Part shown: positions 26,553 through 40,304 of the stretch, piece by piece | Layout of the letters: the number at the start of each line of letters is the position of its first letter | How positions within the stretch are numbered: the stretch's first letter is position 1 | From: Octopus vulgaris | Taxonomy: Eukaryota | Assembly (NCBI GenBank): GCA_951406725.2 | Contig: OX597819.1 | Location: forward strand, 125,922,001-125,986,000 | DNA: 64,000 nt | Direction of reading: 5' to 3' | The notes under the pieces: generated by a model | Told to the model about the DNA's origin: nothing | The model's database searches: none | The model's input: only the letters and a program-made list of their open reading frames with translations | Made by a program: the position numbers and the translations under genes

Positions 26553-27370
26553 GACGATGGTGGTGGTGGTGGAAGTGGTGATGGTGGTGGTACTGATGCT
26601 GTTGTTTTAGATGAAAATGGGGGTTATGATGATGATGATGATGGATAACGATAGTGACCCTGAAGATGATGATGATGATGATGACGATGAAAATGATAAA
26701 GAGAAGGATGAAGAAAGAAGAATTATTAGAAAACGATTGAAAATAGTAAAAATAAATAAATAAATAATAAATAAAGACCAAGAATAGCAAAAGGCGGTAA
26801 TGAATGACGGCGATGGAGACGAAGGTGACGAAAAAAGAGAGGTTAACAAAAGAAGAAGAAGAAGAAGAAGAAGAAGAAGAAGAAGAAGAAGAAAGGGAAG
26901 AAGAAATGAAGAAGAAGAAGAAGAAGAAATGAAGAAGGAGAAGAAAAAGAAGAAGAGGAAGAGGAAGAAGAAGGCGAAGAAGAAGAAGAAGAAGAAGAAG
27001 AAGAAGAAGAAGAAATGAAGGAGAAATGAAGGATTGCTACATGAAAGAAGAGGAGATCTGCAACACCAACAATAACAACAATGAAAGCAGCAACTAGAAT
27101 GCTGCTGCTGCTGCTGATGATGATGAGGATGATGATGATGACGACGAAACGACGACGACGATGACAATGATTATAATTATGTAGGAAGAAAAAATATATG
27201 AAGAGGCAAAATACAACGCCAGAAAATTATAACAGTGCTCGTAGTACTAACAGTAGCAGCAGCAGCAGCAGCAGTAGCAGCAGAAAGAGTTGTAGTAACA
27301 GTAATAGCAGCAACACTAGTAGCAGCATCAATACCAACAGCAGCAGCAGCAGTCGCGATAGTAGTAAAAA
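26430..27370. repeat. Trinucleotide microsatellite mosaic (GAT/GAC/GGT/GAA/GCA)
   Basis: Directly visible. Source of the poly-D/K/R pseudo-ORFs. Confidence 0.9.
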
Positions 27371-27419
27371 TTAATCTGATTGTTATTTTAACCAAATCGT
27401 TTTGATCGACATCTGTACA

Positions 27420-28010
27420 TAGGTTTGGTTCTCGGCTATATTTGAACTCGAGGCAAAAAGAGGCGTGGCCAAATGCCAGAAACTATCCATTCCATACTTT
27501 ACCGATTCTGCCACTTCATAATAACTATTCTCGCCGCAAACAGGTCGGCCGCGATGCCTTTAATAATAGCCTCTTCTAGTTTGCTAAATAGATCTACCTC
27601 TAATCCATTTCTTTCTATTGCTAAATCTTTGCCAAATCCTATCGATTCTACTCTAATTGCTCTCTTCAGGGCGATCCACCACTGGTTGTTGACGATTTCC
27701 CCCATCAACTACCGCTTAACTAGTTCGTTAATCCGGTCCCTGTTGTCTTTGCGAGCCGGTAAGGATGCGTTCAACTTCTAGTAACTACGGGTCCTGTCTA
27801 AATCGACTAGCATATCACAAATTTGTGATATGTGATCTGTGATCTGTGTAGCCGGCCAATTTAAATTGTGGACAGCCTATGCTACCTCTATCCTCTGACC
27901 TTAAAAATACGACCTGGATGACCCGCTGTGGTTGTTCCATGTCCACACTGGCACATCAGAGAAATCCAGTTGGTACCTGACAGAAAGCTGGAAAGTTCCG
28001 AGCAGGTTTT
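27420..28010 (-). mobile_element. L1/Tx1-clade ORF2 fragment (APE endonuclease C-terminus and linker)
   Basis: Minus-strand peptides DVPVWTWNNHSGSSRSY, GCPQFKLAGYTDH, Y*KLNASL, then VNNQWWIALKRAIRVESIGFGK (ORF 27499-27708). Confidence 0.75.
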
Positions 28011-28960
28011 CGCAGTTTTCTGCTATGTACTAAATCCATACAGTTTTTCCGTGCATCCAAAATAGTACTCCAGTCCTCCACTCGTGGCTTCTGATCTTAA
28101 CTGATTGGAAGTGTTATCGTGTATATAATTGCCTGATTTCCCAAGCGCGTACAGTATGTATATATGTATGTATGTTCGTACGTACTTATGTATGTATGTA
28201 TGTATGTATGCATGTATGCATGTATGTATGTATGTATGTATGTATGTATGTATGTATGTATGTATGTAGGTAGGTAGGTAGGTAGCTATGCTTGTGTGTG
28301 TTTGTGTGGGGGTTTTTGTGTGTTTTTATGTGTGGGTTTGTTTGTTTGTGTGTGTGTGTGTGTGTGCGTGACACACACCTGGTGCTCAGTGTATGATATT
28401 AACCTCTGGGTGTTAAAGAAGCGACAGAACAGCTTCTACGTTTCAACACCCGCTCGCAATAACCTCATTATTAACATTTTGTTAAAAAAAAAAAGTGCGA
28501 AGCTAACAACTTGTTTTTCTTTCTGTTTGCCGCTCTTCGCAAGACACACATAACTCTTAACTCTTTCAACTTAATTAAGAAACCATTTTGTCATCGAATT
28601 CTGTGTGTGCATGCGTTCATCGCTATTGCTGACACACGTGTTTTGAGGAGCCCGCGTACGTTCATGCATATGATTATATAGTCTCCGATTGAAATGTTTG
28701 CGGATTGATGCGGCAGTCGCACAGCGCCTTTACTTCTCGTTAGGACTTCAATAGGATTAACACATTACAGTTCAAAGTATTCAATTTGTCTGCATTTTTT
28801 TCTTTTGTTGTTTTTAAGAGCTTCGAATGAATCTGCGGTAGGAGCGTTAGAAGATGAGGGCTCTTCCTTTTACACACGCGCGCATGCACTTATGATATAT
28901 TTATACATTATACATGTATAAATATATATATTATGCATACACACACACACACACACAGAC

Positions 28961-28993
<33 letters not shown>

Positions 28994-28997
28994 ATAT

Positions 28998-29057
<60 letters not shown>

Positions 29058-29517
29058 TGGCCTGCTCGCTTAGCCAGTGGGGTGGCGTCATTCGAAGGCT
29101 AAAACAATGCGAACGCATTGTGACCAGCGATGTATAACAACATCTGATGATCTGGTCGGTCACGTAAAATATATATTTTATATACATACACACACACACA
29201 TATATATATATATATACACATACATACATAACCCCACAAACATATGAATGTATATACAATATATCTTCATATATACATATACATATACATATACATATAT
29301 ATATTATACAAAATAAGAAAATGGAGAAATACACCTTAATCAATAATCAACTACCAGATAATACCCAATCACATAATTTATTAAACCACTACATATGAGC
29401 ATCAAGGTCAAACATAATAGTACAGAACAAAACAATGCACATCAATGAGTAATATGATACAATAAGTACAATATGTATAAATAAATATAAATATAAATAA
29501 ATATAAATATAAACTAC

Positions 29518-29644
29518 ATCTTACAGCTGTTTCAGCCATGTAGATATGAGTATCTCATTATGCTCATATTAGCCAGGTGTGATAAGTTAATATGTGGTTA
29601 TAAATGAGACACTTACAAATATATCCCAAGGCCTCTTCAGGGAT
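29518..29644 (-). ncRNA. Type I hammerhead ribozyme motif with ~100-nt stem II insertion
   Basis: Minus strand atcc-CTGAAGA-ggcc...(~100 nt)...ggct-GAAAC-agct-GTA-agat. Intact cores, palindromic stem III (acagctgt), one mismatch in stem I. Lies in an AT-rich PLE-like repeat. Confidence 0.65.
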
Positions 29645-29971
29645 TATAAAGTACAATCTAAATATGAATATCAGAGAAGGTACACCCATACAAGAATGGG
29701 TACATACACATAATATATAATATGTTATATATGTTTTATATATGTTTGCAGATGTTGAACAGGTGAAGAAAAAAATGACGGGGGCGTTAAAAGGCATCGC
29801 TTTGCAAGAGTTCCTGCACGGCTTCAAACAGTGGAAATCGCGCCTGGACTGATGCAGCTGTGAAACAGCGATGAGAGCGAAATACAGACACAAAGACACA
29901 CACATACACTTACATATATATATATATATACGATTGATTTGTTTCAGTTCCTGTCTACGAAATCCATATAT

Positions 29972-31285
29972 ATTGTTGTTGGCATCCTTTTTGTCTCTGG
30001 AGACAATGGAGTTGCGCATAAAATAATCTAGTCCGGCTTTTACATTTCATGTCCTAATACATCTCCTGCTGTGGTTGTGTAGTCCGATCCTGGACAAACA
30101 CTCCCTCTGGCAGGTGCCGCAAATGTAGCGAAGACTTTGCCTGGTTGGTTGTAATGTCATACTTTCTTGTTGACGTCTTTTCTTGTCTTTCCACTTCTCC
30201 TCACCCTCTATGTCACTCCTTTGTGTTCCCTCTTTTACGGTACGTCGCCAATCTCCACGGTTTCTGGCAACTGCTTCCCAATTGGTAATATTGATGTTGC
30301 AGGCATTCATGTCCCTTTTGCAAACATCCTTGTATCGTAAGAACGGTCTTCCTACAGACCTAGTGCCCCCAGCAAGCTCTCCGTTGAGTATGTCTTTGGG
30401 GATTCTTCCATCTTCCATACGGCTAACATGTCCAAGCCATCTCATACGTCTTTGCGTGAGGAGTGTAAACATGCTTGGTATTCCTGCTTGCTTGAGGACA
30501 TCTTTGTTGGGGGCATGATTCTGCCATTTGATGCGAAGGATTTTCCGGAGGCAGTGCAGGTGAAAGATATTTAGGTGACGTATGGCGTCGTATGGCGTGT
30601 GTATGGCGTCCAAGTCTCACTTCCATACAGTAGAGTGCTAAGTACACATGCTTGGTAAATCTTCATTTTTGTGGTCTTGGTCAGCTTATTGTAGTCCTAT
30701 GCGCGTTTAGAGAGTTGGGCCATCATAGCAGCTGCCTTGCCAATGCGTATATTGAGCTCAGTATCAAGGGATAGGTTGTAGGTGACGGTAGAGCCAAGAT
30801 AGGTAAACTTCTCCACCTCCTGTAGTCTGTGATCTCCAATATGTATGTTTGGGATGGACGATGTAGCCTGACCCATGATGTTCGTCTTCTTGAGGCTGAT
30901 AAATAAGCCAAAGTTGCCACATGCTTGCTCAAAACAGTTGATGAGCCTTTGTAGGGCTTCTTCTGTGTGTGATACCAGAGCGGCATCATAAGCAAATAGC
31001 ATCTCCTTGATCAGGACGCTTCTGATTTTGGTCATGGCACGCAGAGGCGAGAGATTGAACAGTTTCCCATCACTTCTACTGCGCAGAAACACTCCATCAT
31101 CTGATGTCACAAAGGCATGTGACAGCAGCAGCGAGAAGAAGATTCCAAATAAGGTAGGAGCAAGGACACAACCTTGCTTTACCCCAGTTTTTATTTGGAA
31201 GGCGGCTGATGTTGAACCATTGTGCTGTATGGTGCCTTGCATATCATCATGGAAAGATGTGATGATCCTCAGCAGCTTTGGTCGC
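29972..31285 (-). mobile_element. RTE/BovB-like LINE, 5'-truncated, inactivated RT
   Basis: GVKQGCVLAPTLF, EMLFAYDAAL (catalytic FADD mutated), FTYLGS, in-frame stop at 30697, RMRWLGHVSRMEDGRIPK, C-terminal CGTCQRECLSRIGLHNHSRRC, short 3' UTR ending gatgccaacaacaa. Confidence 0.95.
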
Positions 31286-31744
31286 CATAACGTCGACTGT
31301 GGGCTTGTGGCTGTGTACAGTCGCCCCAATGTCGCCCAGAGCTCTGTGGGGACACAATTCTATTTTTAAACAATAACCAAAGCCTCTTCTCCGAAAGGGG
31401 GAGGGTTACGGTTTACAATTATTTAACAAATGCAACACAACAACGTTTCCCTGACGAGGAACTAACAAATGTGATTACAATAGTCAATCAGTAATAATAA
31501 TAACAAAAACCTTTTTAATTTATCCCCATTTATGTGAAACCACTTATTCAAGTTCAAGACATTGATGCAATTTTATACGAATTGCTAATACAAACACACA
31601 CATAACAAGGGTGAAAAATTGAATATTAATTTAATTAATATGAATTGAAAACCAGTGGTATAGCATATAATACCATAGCGGATCTTCTTCTAGCAAAATG
31701 GATGACCACTGTTAATGGTTCATCCCTGTTATATAATACTTTCA

Positions 31745-32015
31745 CTTTAATAGTTTCAGTGAAAGTATCTGACATTACAATAGAGAGATGTTTTTGTTTC
31801 ACTTTTAACACGTAACACTGAAATAGTGGAGAAGATATGATATTGCTGTTGGGTCGCCCTATGGAAAACGTTAAAATTTTTTTGCCGATGACACTTCCCG
31901 GACCTTAAGTAAGGCATGTGTAAAATTTGAATGAAATTGGTTGTGTAGTTCTCAAGTTTTAGGGAAACACACAGACAGACAGACACACACATTCTCAGTT
32001 TTATATATATAGAGA
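31745..32015 (-). mobile_element. Non-autonomous Helitron-like element, 5' part
   Basis: Minus strand starts TCTCTATATATATAAAA followed by (GTCT/GT)n and ccaatttcattcaaattttacac, a typical layout for non-autonomous Helitron 5' ends. Confidence 0.55.
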
Positions 32016-32089
32016 AGAGATTATTTATATTATATGATTGAACACCACGGAACTTTTTCAAGTATGTTTATATATATATAAATAATATA

Positions 32090-32156
<67 letters not shown>

Positions 32157-33457
32157 CATGCATACACACATATAACAAGCTTCCATGCAGTTTCCGTACC
32201 AAGTTAAATTCGTCAATTCATAAAACTACGGGAGAATACTCTTGCCCAATGCCCAATGTGCCACTCTGTGTTTGAATCTTGAACTGTGTGATTGCCTGCA
32301 CGCATCGTATATTACTAAATCCTGTCCACGAAGATATTGTATACATAGACAAAGTGTTTAAAACCGTAAATTCATATAATGTTGGCTAAGCTGCTATAGA
32401 TATGTATTCTGTAGTCAAGAGTATTACTTACATTTCTTTATATTCTAGGTCGAAATTCCGACGACGTTATTGTGCTTTTCGTTCTGTCGCAGAAGAATCA
32501 ATGATTAATTTAAGTCTGTTGAATCAATTATGATCGCAAGCAAAATCTGATACTTTATGCTCATGTTAGCTCTCAATATTTACATTTAACTTCGAAATAG
32601 TTCAAAAGAATCAGAAACTAAACAAAACAATGAGGGAAACGAGAAATGAAACAAGGGAAAATAGTTTAGTTCTCTTTTAAGGCTATAAGAAAAATAATAT
32701 GAATACAAGCACAGGAACAGACTTAATCCGTGATCCGAGTTTAGCATCACCACCTAATCGCATTAGGTGATATTCACTTTGTTGTAAACAGTCAGCTAAG
32801 CGATCTACTATGAGAATAATTTTTTTTCCCTTCCTTCCGATGGTCTTGGAAATAGTCCGTTCCAGCTTACAACTCCAACAGATGTTGTAAAGACATAGCT
32901 GTAAAACGGTGATTTCTAACAGTGATACTAGGCTGGGGTTGGAGGGTCGGTCTATAGTCTTTTACATCAAACCAGTAATTAAATGGTGTATTTATTTGTG
33001 TCGACTCTGGAAGAATGAGAAGCAAAGGCAATCTTAGCGGCATTTTCACTCAGAGATTTAAAGAGGCGTAAATAAATAGGACAAAATCGCCGTTCAACCG
33101 ATTTTAATAATCCACCCTACCCAAACCTCTGATCCTTTGTCAATATAAATATTTTTTTTAAATATGCTCCATCTCTAAAGATGAGGTTAATTAGTTCGGA
33201 AAATGATAACTCTATTAATAAAAATCTTCTCTCACTTTCCGCCATGATCCACAGCCCTTTGCCATCTCCCTAAACAATGACTATTACCATTACCGTCTTC
33301 GAAACCCCCATCGCCATCACTAGTGCCATCATCACCGCCACCACTATTATCATTTTCGCCTTCAAAGCTTTACCAGCACAGCTTTTTCACTTTAGTTCAT
33401 CATTGTTTCTCTCGCTCATTCGTCCACTCATTCGCTCGATCATTCGTTCGCTTGTTT

Positions 33458-33900
33458 AGTGGAGGCGCAATGGCCCAGTGGTTAGGGCAGCGGACTCTCG
33501 GTCATAGGATCGCGGTTTCGATTCCCAGACCGGGCGTTGTGAGTTTTTATTGATGGTAAACACCCAAAAGCTCCACGAGGCTCCGGTAGGGCGTTGTGAG
33601 TGTTTATTGAGCGAAAACACCTAAAAGCTCCACGAGGCTCCGGCAGGGGGTGGTGGTGATCCCTGCTGTACTCTTTCACCACAACTTTCTCACACTCTTA
33701 CTTCCTGTTTCTGTTGTATCTGTATTTCAAAGGGCCGGCCTTGTCACTCTCTGTGTCACGCTGAATATCCCCGAGAACTACGTTAAGGGTACATGTGTCT
33801 GTGGAGTGCTCAGCCACTTGCACGTTAATTTCACTAGCAGGCTGTTCCGTTGATTCGGATCAACCGGAACCCTCGTCGTCGTAACCGACGGAGTGCTTCC
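33458..33900 (+). mobile_element. SINE with family C head and different 3' body; internal ~57-bp tandem duplication
   Basis: Head matches 5069. gggcgttgtgag...gctccacgaggctccgg occurs twice (~33531-33645). The 3' part (ccggccttgtcactc...gtcgtaaccgacggagtgc) differs from 5069/16313. Confidence 0.8.
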
Positions 33901-34267
33901 CACTACGCAATGCGTTCGTTCGTTGGCTTCTACGCTCTCTTGTACTTCATTAGCAGTTTTGCTACTTCGTGAGTTTGCTCGTTCAATCATTCATCTGTTA
34001 GTTCGAATATTCACTTGTTCTTTATTTATCGGTTCTTAATTCTTTATTGCCCACAAAGGGCTAAACACAGAGGGGACAAACAAGGAAAGACAAAGGGATT
34101 AAGTCGATTAGATCGACCCCAGTGCGTAACTGGTTTTTCGTATTTATTCGGTCCTGGATCAGTCCTGATTGTATAGAACTGTTATCAAACGCAATCGTAT
34201 TCCAGCCGTGACTATTCCAATAACTTTCCGCTATGCGAACAATCTAAAACTATAATAACCAACACAA

Positions 34268-34645
34268 TAGGCGCAGGAGTGGCTGTGTGGTAAGTAGCTT
34301 GCTAACCAGCCACATGGTTCCAGGTTCAGTCCCACTGCGTGGCATCTTGGGCAAGTGTCTTCTGCTATAGCCTCGGGCCGACCAAAGCCTTGTGAGTGGA
34401 TTTGGTAGACGGAAACTGAAAGAAGCCTGTCGTATATATGTATATATGTATATATGTATATGTGTGTGTGTGTCTATGTTTGTGTGTCTGTGTTTGTCCC
34501 TCTAGCATTGCTTGACAACCGGTGTTGGTATGTTTACGTCCCCGTCACTTAGCGGTTCGGCAAAAGAGACCGATAGAATAAGTACTGGGCTTACAAAGAA
34601 TAAGTCCCAGGGTCGATTTGAAACAAGTAAAAGAGTAAAAGAGTA
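34268..34645 (+). mobile_element. SINE B
   Basis: aggcgcaggagtggctgtgtggtaag head and (AAAGAGT) tail, with an internal deletion near the 3' end. Confidence 0.85.
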
Positions 34646-35273
34646 ATTCTTTTTTAAAGGGATTCTGCATAAAATTAGGTTGCTATTTCTAGCACTTCTG
34701 GAGACTATAAAATCACCATCGTTCGTTAGCATCCCCATATGTAGCTTCTAGGTGTCCAATGTCTCAGGGTATTGCACCCATAAAAAGTTAATTTACGATA
34801 ATGTTATTAGGGGCATTAGACAAGCGATTTAATTAAAAGTTTATTATTAACCCACTACAGTACAACTGCCAGTCACTCCTCTCCACCATCAAATCTGCTG
34901 CCATCTCTTCCACTGCTGTTACGCCGCCCCTCCACCACTATTATAGATGTCCCCACAAATTGTCTTAGAATCTTCGGAGAGAAAAATAATGAAATAAAAA
35001 GACAGTAAAAGCAATTACAAACAAAAATATTGAAAATAAAAATAAAATTAACAGCAATAACAATAATGAAATAAAAGAAAATAGATGAACAATCGTTAAG
35101 AACAACAAGAAAAGTGACAGGAACTGCAATAACAATTGCAACGAGAAAAACGAACGAACAAAACACTAAATTGAAACAACAAGGACAATGACCACCACCA
35201 CGACCACGACCACCACCAGCATAACCACTACAAAAACTATTGAAGTAAGGACACTATCGATAAACCAATAATA

Positions 35274-35832
35274 GCGGCGAGCTGGCAGAAACGTTAGCAC
35301 GCCGGGCGAAATGCTTAGCGGTATTTCGTCTGTCGTTACGTTCTGGGTTCAAATTCCGCTGAGGTCGACTTTGCCTTTCATCCTTTCGGAGTCGATAAAT
35401 TAAGTACCAGTTATGCACTGGGGTCGATGTAATCGACTTAATCCCTTTGTCTGTCCTTGTTTGTCCACTCTATGTTTGACCACTTGTGGGTAATAAAGAA
35501 ATAGGTATTTCGGCTGCCGTTACGTTCTGAGTTCAAATTCTGCTGAGGTCGACTTTGACTTTTATCCTTTCGGGGTCGATAAATTGAACTCAGAACGTAG
35601 CGGCAGACGAAATACCTATTTCTTTACTGCCCACAAGGGGCTACACACAGAGGGGACAAACAAGGACAGACAAACGGATTAAGTCGATTATAGTGTGTAA
35701 CTGGTACTTAATTTATCGACCCCGAAAGGATGAAAGGCAAAGTCGACCTCAGCGGAATTTGAACTCAGAAGGTAGCGGCAGACGAAATACTGCTAAGCAT
35801 TTCGCCCGACGTGCTAACGATTCTGCCAGCTC
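35274..35832. mobile_element. Tail-to-tail inverted SINE A concatemer
   Basis: Plus full unit plus partial unit to ~35585, fused to a minus full unit plus partial unit (35583-35832). Confidence 0.85.
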
Positions 35833-36874
35833 ACAATATCATAGATTCACCGACGGACATCATGGTCCAGATGGTGTTTGAAAGGATTAGGGCCATTTAG
35901 TGCAGGACTGTGTCAATTCCTGTCCCGCATTGAAGCAAGTCATTGAAGTTGAATGCAGATTCATGGTATAATCTTATAAGAAAGCTTATCTTTTATCTTT
36001 TAATTGTTTCAGTCATTAGACTGTGGCCAAGCTGGAGCACCAACGTGAAGAAGTTTTAGCCGAGTGAATCGACCCCAGTAACTTTTTTAAGCTTGATACT
36101 TATTTTATTGGTCTTTTTTGCCGAGACACTATATTACGGGGACATAAACGCACCAACACCGGTTGTCAACTGGTTGTGGGGACAAACACAGACACAAAAA
36201 AACACAGATAAGAAACCCCCCCCCACCCTACGCACACATATACGATAGCTTCTTTTAGTTTCCTTCTACCAACTCCTCCAAGGCTTTAGTCCAGCACAGG
36301 AGGTTGCTTGTTATTATTGTTCACCAGCTGTTGGGTCCTGATCCCTTTGGTCTTTGAACAAAAGGATTCCATCTGTAGTGAATTTTTAAGATTTGTAAAA
36401 AGATATACAACAGGCTTCTTTCAGTTTTTGTTTACCAAATCCACTCACAAGACTTTGGTCAGTCTCTTTAATTTAGCGGTTCGGCAAAAAATGACCGACA
36501 GAATAAGTGCCAGGCTTCTTTCAGTTTCTGTTTAGTGGGTCTGAGGCTACAGTAGAAGAAACTCGCCCAAGGTCCCAGTTAGTGAGACTGAACCCGAAAC
36601 CACGTAGTTGGGAAGCAAACTTATTACCACACAGCCACGCATGCGCCTTAATGTTCACAAATTTGATTTTAAATACTTTTGGTTTTTTGTTGGATTAGAA
36701 TTGTTATTGAGTCAACCCAATATGTCCTCAAACATCGATTGCACTCGGTATTGATCGGTGGAAATCTTTTTCAAGTCTTCGATCTTGTCTGATTGATTAC
36801 GAAATGATCATTCTATTTAAGGACAGTTATCAAATCCAAGTGCTTCGTTCACGGTATGGCACTTATTAATATCG

Positions 36875-37520
36875 ACCACCATCACTACCACCACCACCAC
36901 CACCACCACAACCACAACCACCACCACAACCACTACCACCACCACCACCACCACCACCACCACCACCAGCATCACCACCACAACCATTACCACCACCACC
37001 ACAACCACCACTAGCATCACCACCACAACCATTACCACAACCACCACAACCACCACCACCACAACCATCACCACCACAACCATCACCACCACAACCACCA
37101 CCACCACCAACACCACAACCATTACCACAACCACCACAACCACCACCAACACCACAACCATCACCACCACGACCACGACCACGACGACCACTACCACCAC
37201 CACCACCACCACCACAACCACCACCCACCACAACCACTACCATCACCAACACCACCACCACTACCACCACCACCACACCAACCACTACCATCACCACCAC
37301 AACTACCACAACAACCACCGTCACCGTCACCACCGTCGCCACCGTCGCCACCACTACCACCACTATTGCTACCATCGACACCACCGCTACCACTATTTTG
37401 TTTTCAACAAATTTCAACGCTATCGCCAAATCGCTACTACAACCACCACCGTCACCATTACAACTTCCACAATCCCTACAGTCACTAAAACCACCACCAC
37501 CACCACCACCACCACGATCA
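36875..37520. repeat. (CAC/CAA/CAT)n trinucleotide tract
   Basis: Directly visible. Similar tracts at 37985-38275, 43400-43800, 54125-54470 and 55440-56100. Confidence 0.9.
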
Positions 37521-37527
37521 CCTTAGC

Positions 37528-37972
37528 TTGTCTTGCTTCAGTCATTAGACTGTGGCCAAGCTGGGGCACCGCCTTGAGCAATTTTAGTTGAACTAATCGA
37601 TCCCAGCGCTAATATTCTTTTTAAGCCTGGCACTTATTCTGTCGGTCGCTTTTTGCCGAACCGCTAAGTTAAGGAGTTGTAAAGTCACCAGCACCGGCAG
37701 TCAAGCGGCAGTGGTGGAAATACACTACACACACACACACTACATACACACACACTCTACACACACACACACACACACTGCACACACACACACACACTAC
37801 ACACACACACACACACGACGGGCTTCTTTTGCTTTACGTCTACCAAATCTACTAACAAGCTTTGGTCGGCCCGACGCTATAGTAGAAGATACTTGCCCAA
37901 GGTGCCACGCAGTGGGACTGAACCTGGAACCGTGTGGTTGCGAAGAAAACGTTTTACCACACAGCCACGCCT
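37528..37972 (-). mobile_element. SINE B (diverged)
   Basis: Family B tail and head in reverse complement. Confidence 0.8.
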
Positions 37973-38434
37973 TTCTCCCCACCACGTTCATAATCACCGT
38001 GACCACCACCACCATCATCACTATCACCAATATTACCAATAACATCACCGCAACTTGTGCAACCAACACCACCACCACTACCATCACTGCTGCCACTACC
38101 GCTACCACACCACCATCACCACCACCACCACCACCACCACCACAGCCACCACCACCACCACCACCACAGCCACCACCACTACCACCACCACCACCACCAC
38201 TACTGCCGCCACCGCCGCCACCACCACCACCACCACCTCCGCCACCGCCGCCACCGCCAGCGCCACCACCACAACCTCGTCCGTATTCTTTGATGAAACC
38301 AACCCTCATTACCCGCATTTATAAGGATCCAATTGTACTTTGGCCCTTGGTCGTGGCCTAAGCTTGGTTATTACGAATAATGTCGATGTAGTAGCAGTAG
38401 TAGTAGTTATTGTTTCAATTTCTGCTATTGCTGC

Positions 38435-38499
<65 letters not shown>

Positions 38500-38748
38500 A
38501 CAAGAAAGACAATGATGAAAACCACAATGATGAAGTGGTAGTGGTTGTGGGAAGGGGTGGTGGGTGAAGGAAGTGATTTCTGTTATGATGGTAATGGCGG
38601 TGGTGGTGGTGGTGGCGGTGGTGATGATGATGGTGGTGGTGGTGGTGGGTGTGGAAGTGAGTTAACTTTTAATTAAGAATTCCTGATAACGGCAAGTAAA
38701 TACGTAGTAAGAGGGTGTATTAGAGAAGTACTGGCGCGAAAGAGAGGT

Positions 38749-38793
<45 letters not shown>

Positions 38794-39070
38794 GAGGAGA
38801 AAAAAGGGGAGGAGAAAAGGGAGAGAAGGAGACGGAGAGAAAGGCGGAGAGGGGAAGATAGAGCGTATGTGAATGAGAGTGCGTGTGTATTTGAGAGATG
38901 GAGAGAGAGAGAAGGAGAGAGATAGGGGGGGGGGCAAGTGGAAGTAAGAGTGCTATTAATATGGCGAGGATTAAATGAGGAGTACACAAAAGTCGGGACC
39001 GTGAAATGAATGTGTGATCGAAGGCGATGGTGAGAAGTGAGATATAACGACAGAGAAATAATATGTGAGG

Positions 39071-39107
<37 letters not shown>

Positions 39108-39128
39108 CAAATATATATATATATATAT

Positions 39129-39262
39129 ACTAGCAGTATCGCCCGGCGTTGCTCGGATTTGTAAGGGAAATAACTATATAAGCATTTTTAGAGAGTTATA
39201 GCCCCAAAATAGCAAAAAAATGCATTAAAAATGGAAAAAAAATTGTTAAATTTTTTTTTAAA
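39129..39262 (-). mobile_element. Helitron 3' end
   Basis: Minus strand ...ccgagcaacgccgggcgatactgCTAG|t: subterminal GC hairpin plus CTAG terminus. Confidence 0.65.
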
Positions 39263-39585
39263 CTCCACCTGCCTTCGTCTTTTGTTTATTTTCGTAAACA
39301 TTCCCGTTAAATATATATATATATAAGAAAATGGAGAAACAAATTCAGTTTTTTCATCTATCCGTAAGTTGATGAACAAACCAAATTTGTTTCTCGGTTC
39401 TCTCATTTGTATTATAAATTTACGGTAAAAATATTTCTTTACCTCCACCCGTTTAATACAATAAATGAATTAATTGCATTGCAATTAAAGACATTTATGC
39501 ATTAAGAATTTGGGTACTTTGCCAACAGTATATTGGGTAAATGATATCCCATAGTGGGTTACATTCATAACCCCTATCTTACTTT

Positions 39586-39648
<63 letters not shown>

Positions 39649-39649
39649 C

Positions 39650-39866
39650 TACCCACAAGGGGCTACACACAGAGGGGACAAACAAAGACAGACAAACGGA
39701 TTAAGTCGATTACATCGACCCCAGTGCGTAACCGGTACTTAATTTATCGACCCCGAAAGGATGAAAGGTAAAGTCGACCTCGGCGGAATTTGAACTCAGA
39801 ACGTAACGGCAGACGAAATACGGCCACGCATTTCGCCCGGCGTGCTAACGTTTCTGCCAGCTCGCC
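39650..39866 (-). mobile_element. SINE A inserted in (TA)n
   Basis: Full family A sequence flanked on both sides by TA repeats. Confidence 0.85.
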
Positions 39867-39903
<37 letters not shown>

Positions 39904-40304
39904 TTGTGTGTATGTGTATGTGTATAAGTATGTATATATCTCAGAAGAGAGATGGCCTCTCTCTCCCTCCATCCCCCTCTTTTTGTTTTGTACACACACA
40001 CACGCGCGCGCGAGCAAAATATTCATGATTGAAATTCCTTTCTAATTGGTGATAGAAGACGAAAGGCTATCGGTAACTGTTAGTGATTCTCAGAGAAAAA
40101 AAGTGGATAATTTTAAGAGATTAAAAACTAAACTCTTGAAATTATTTTTGGGACAAATTTGATCTTTGACAGCAAGCAAGGAGTAGCTCTGACCATGTTT
40201 CCATCTACTAGACCTCATCAACATATCCTGTATTGATCACTCGACAAGTTTTTATATATAGAAAGAAGAATTACAAAATTTTGTAAATATAGTTTATATA
40301 ATAT

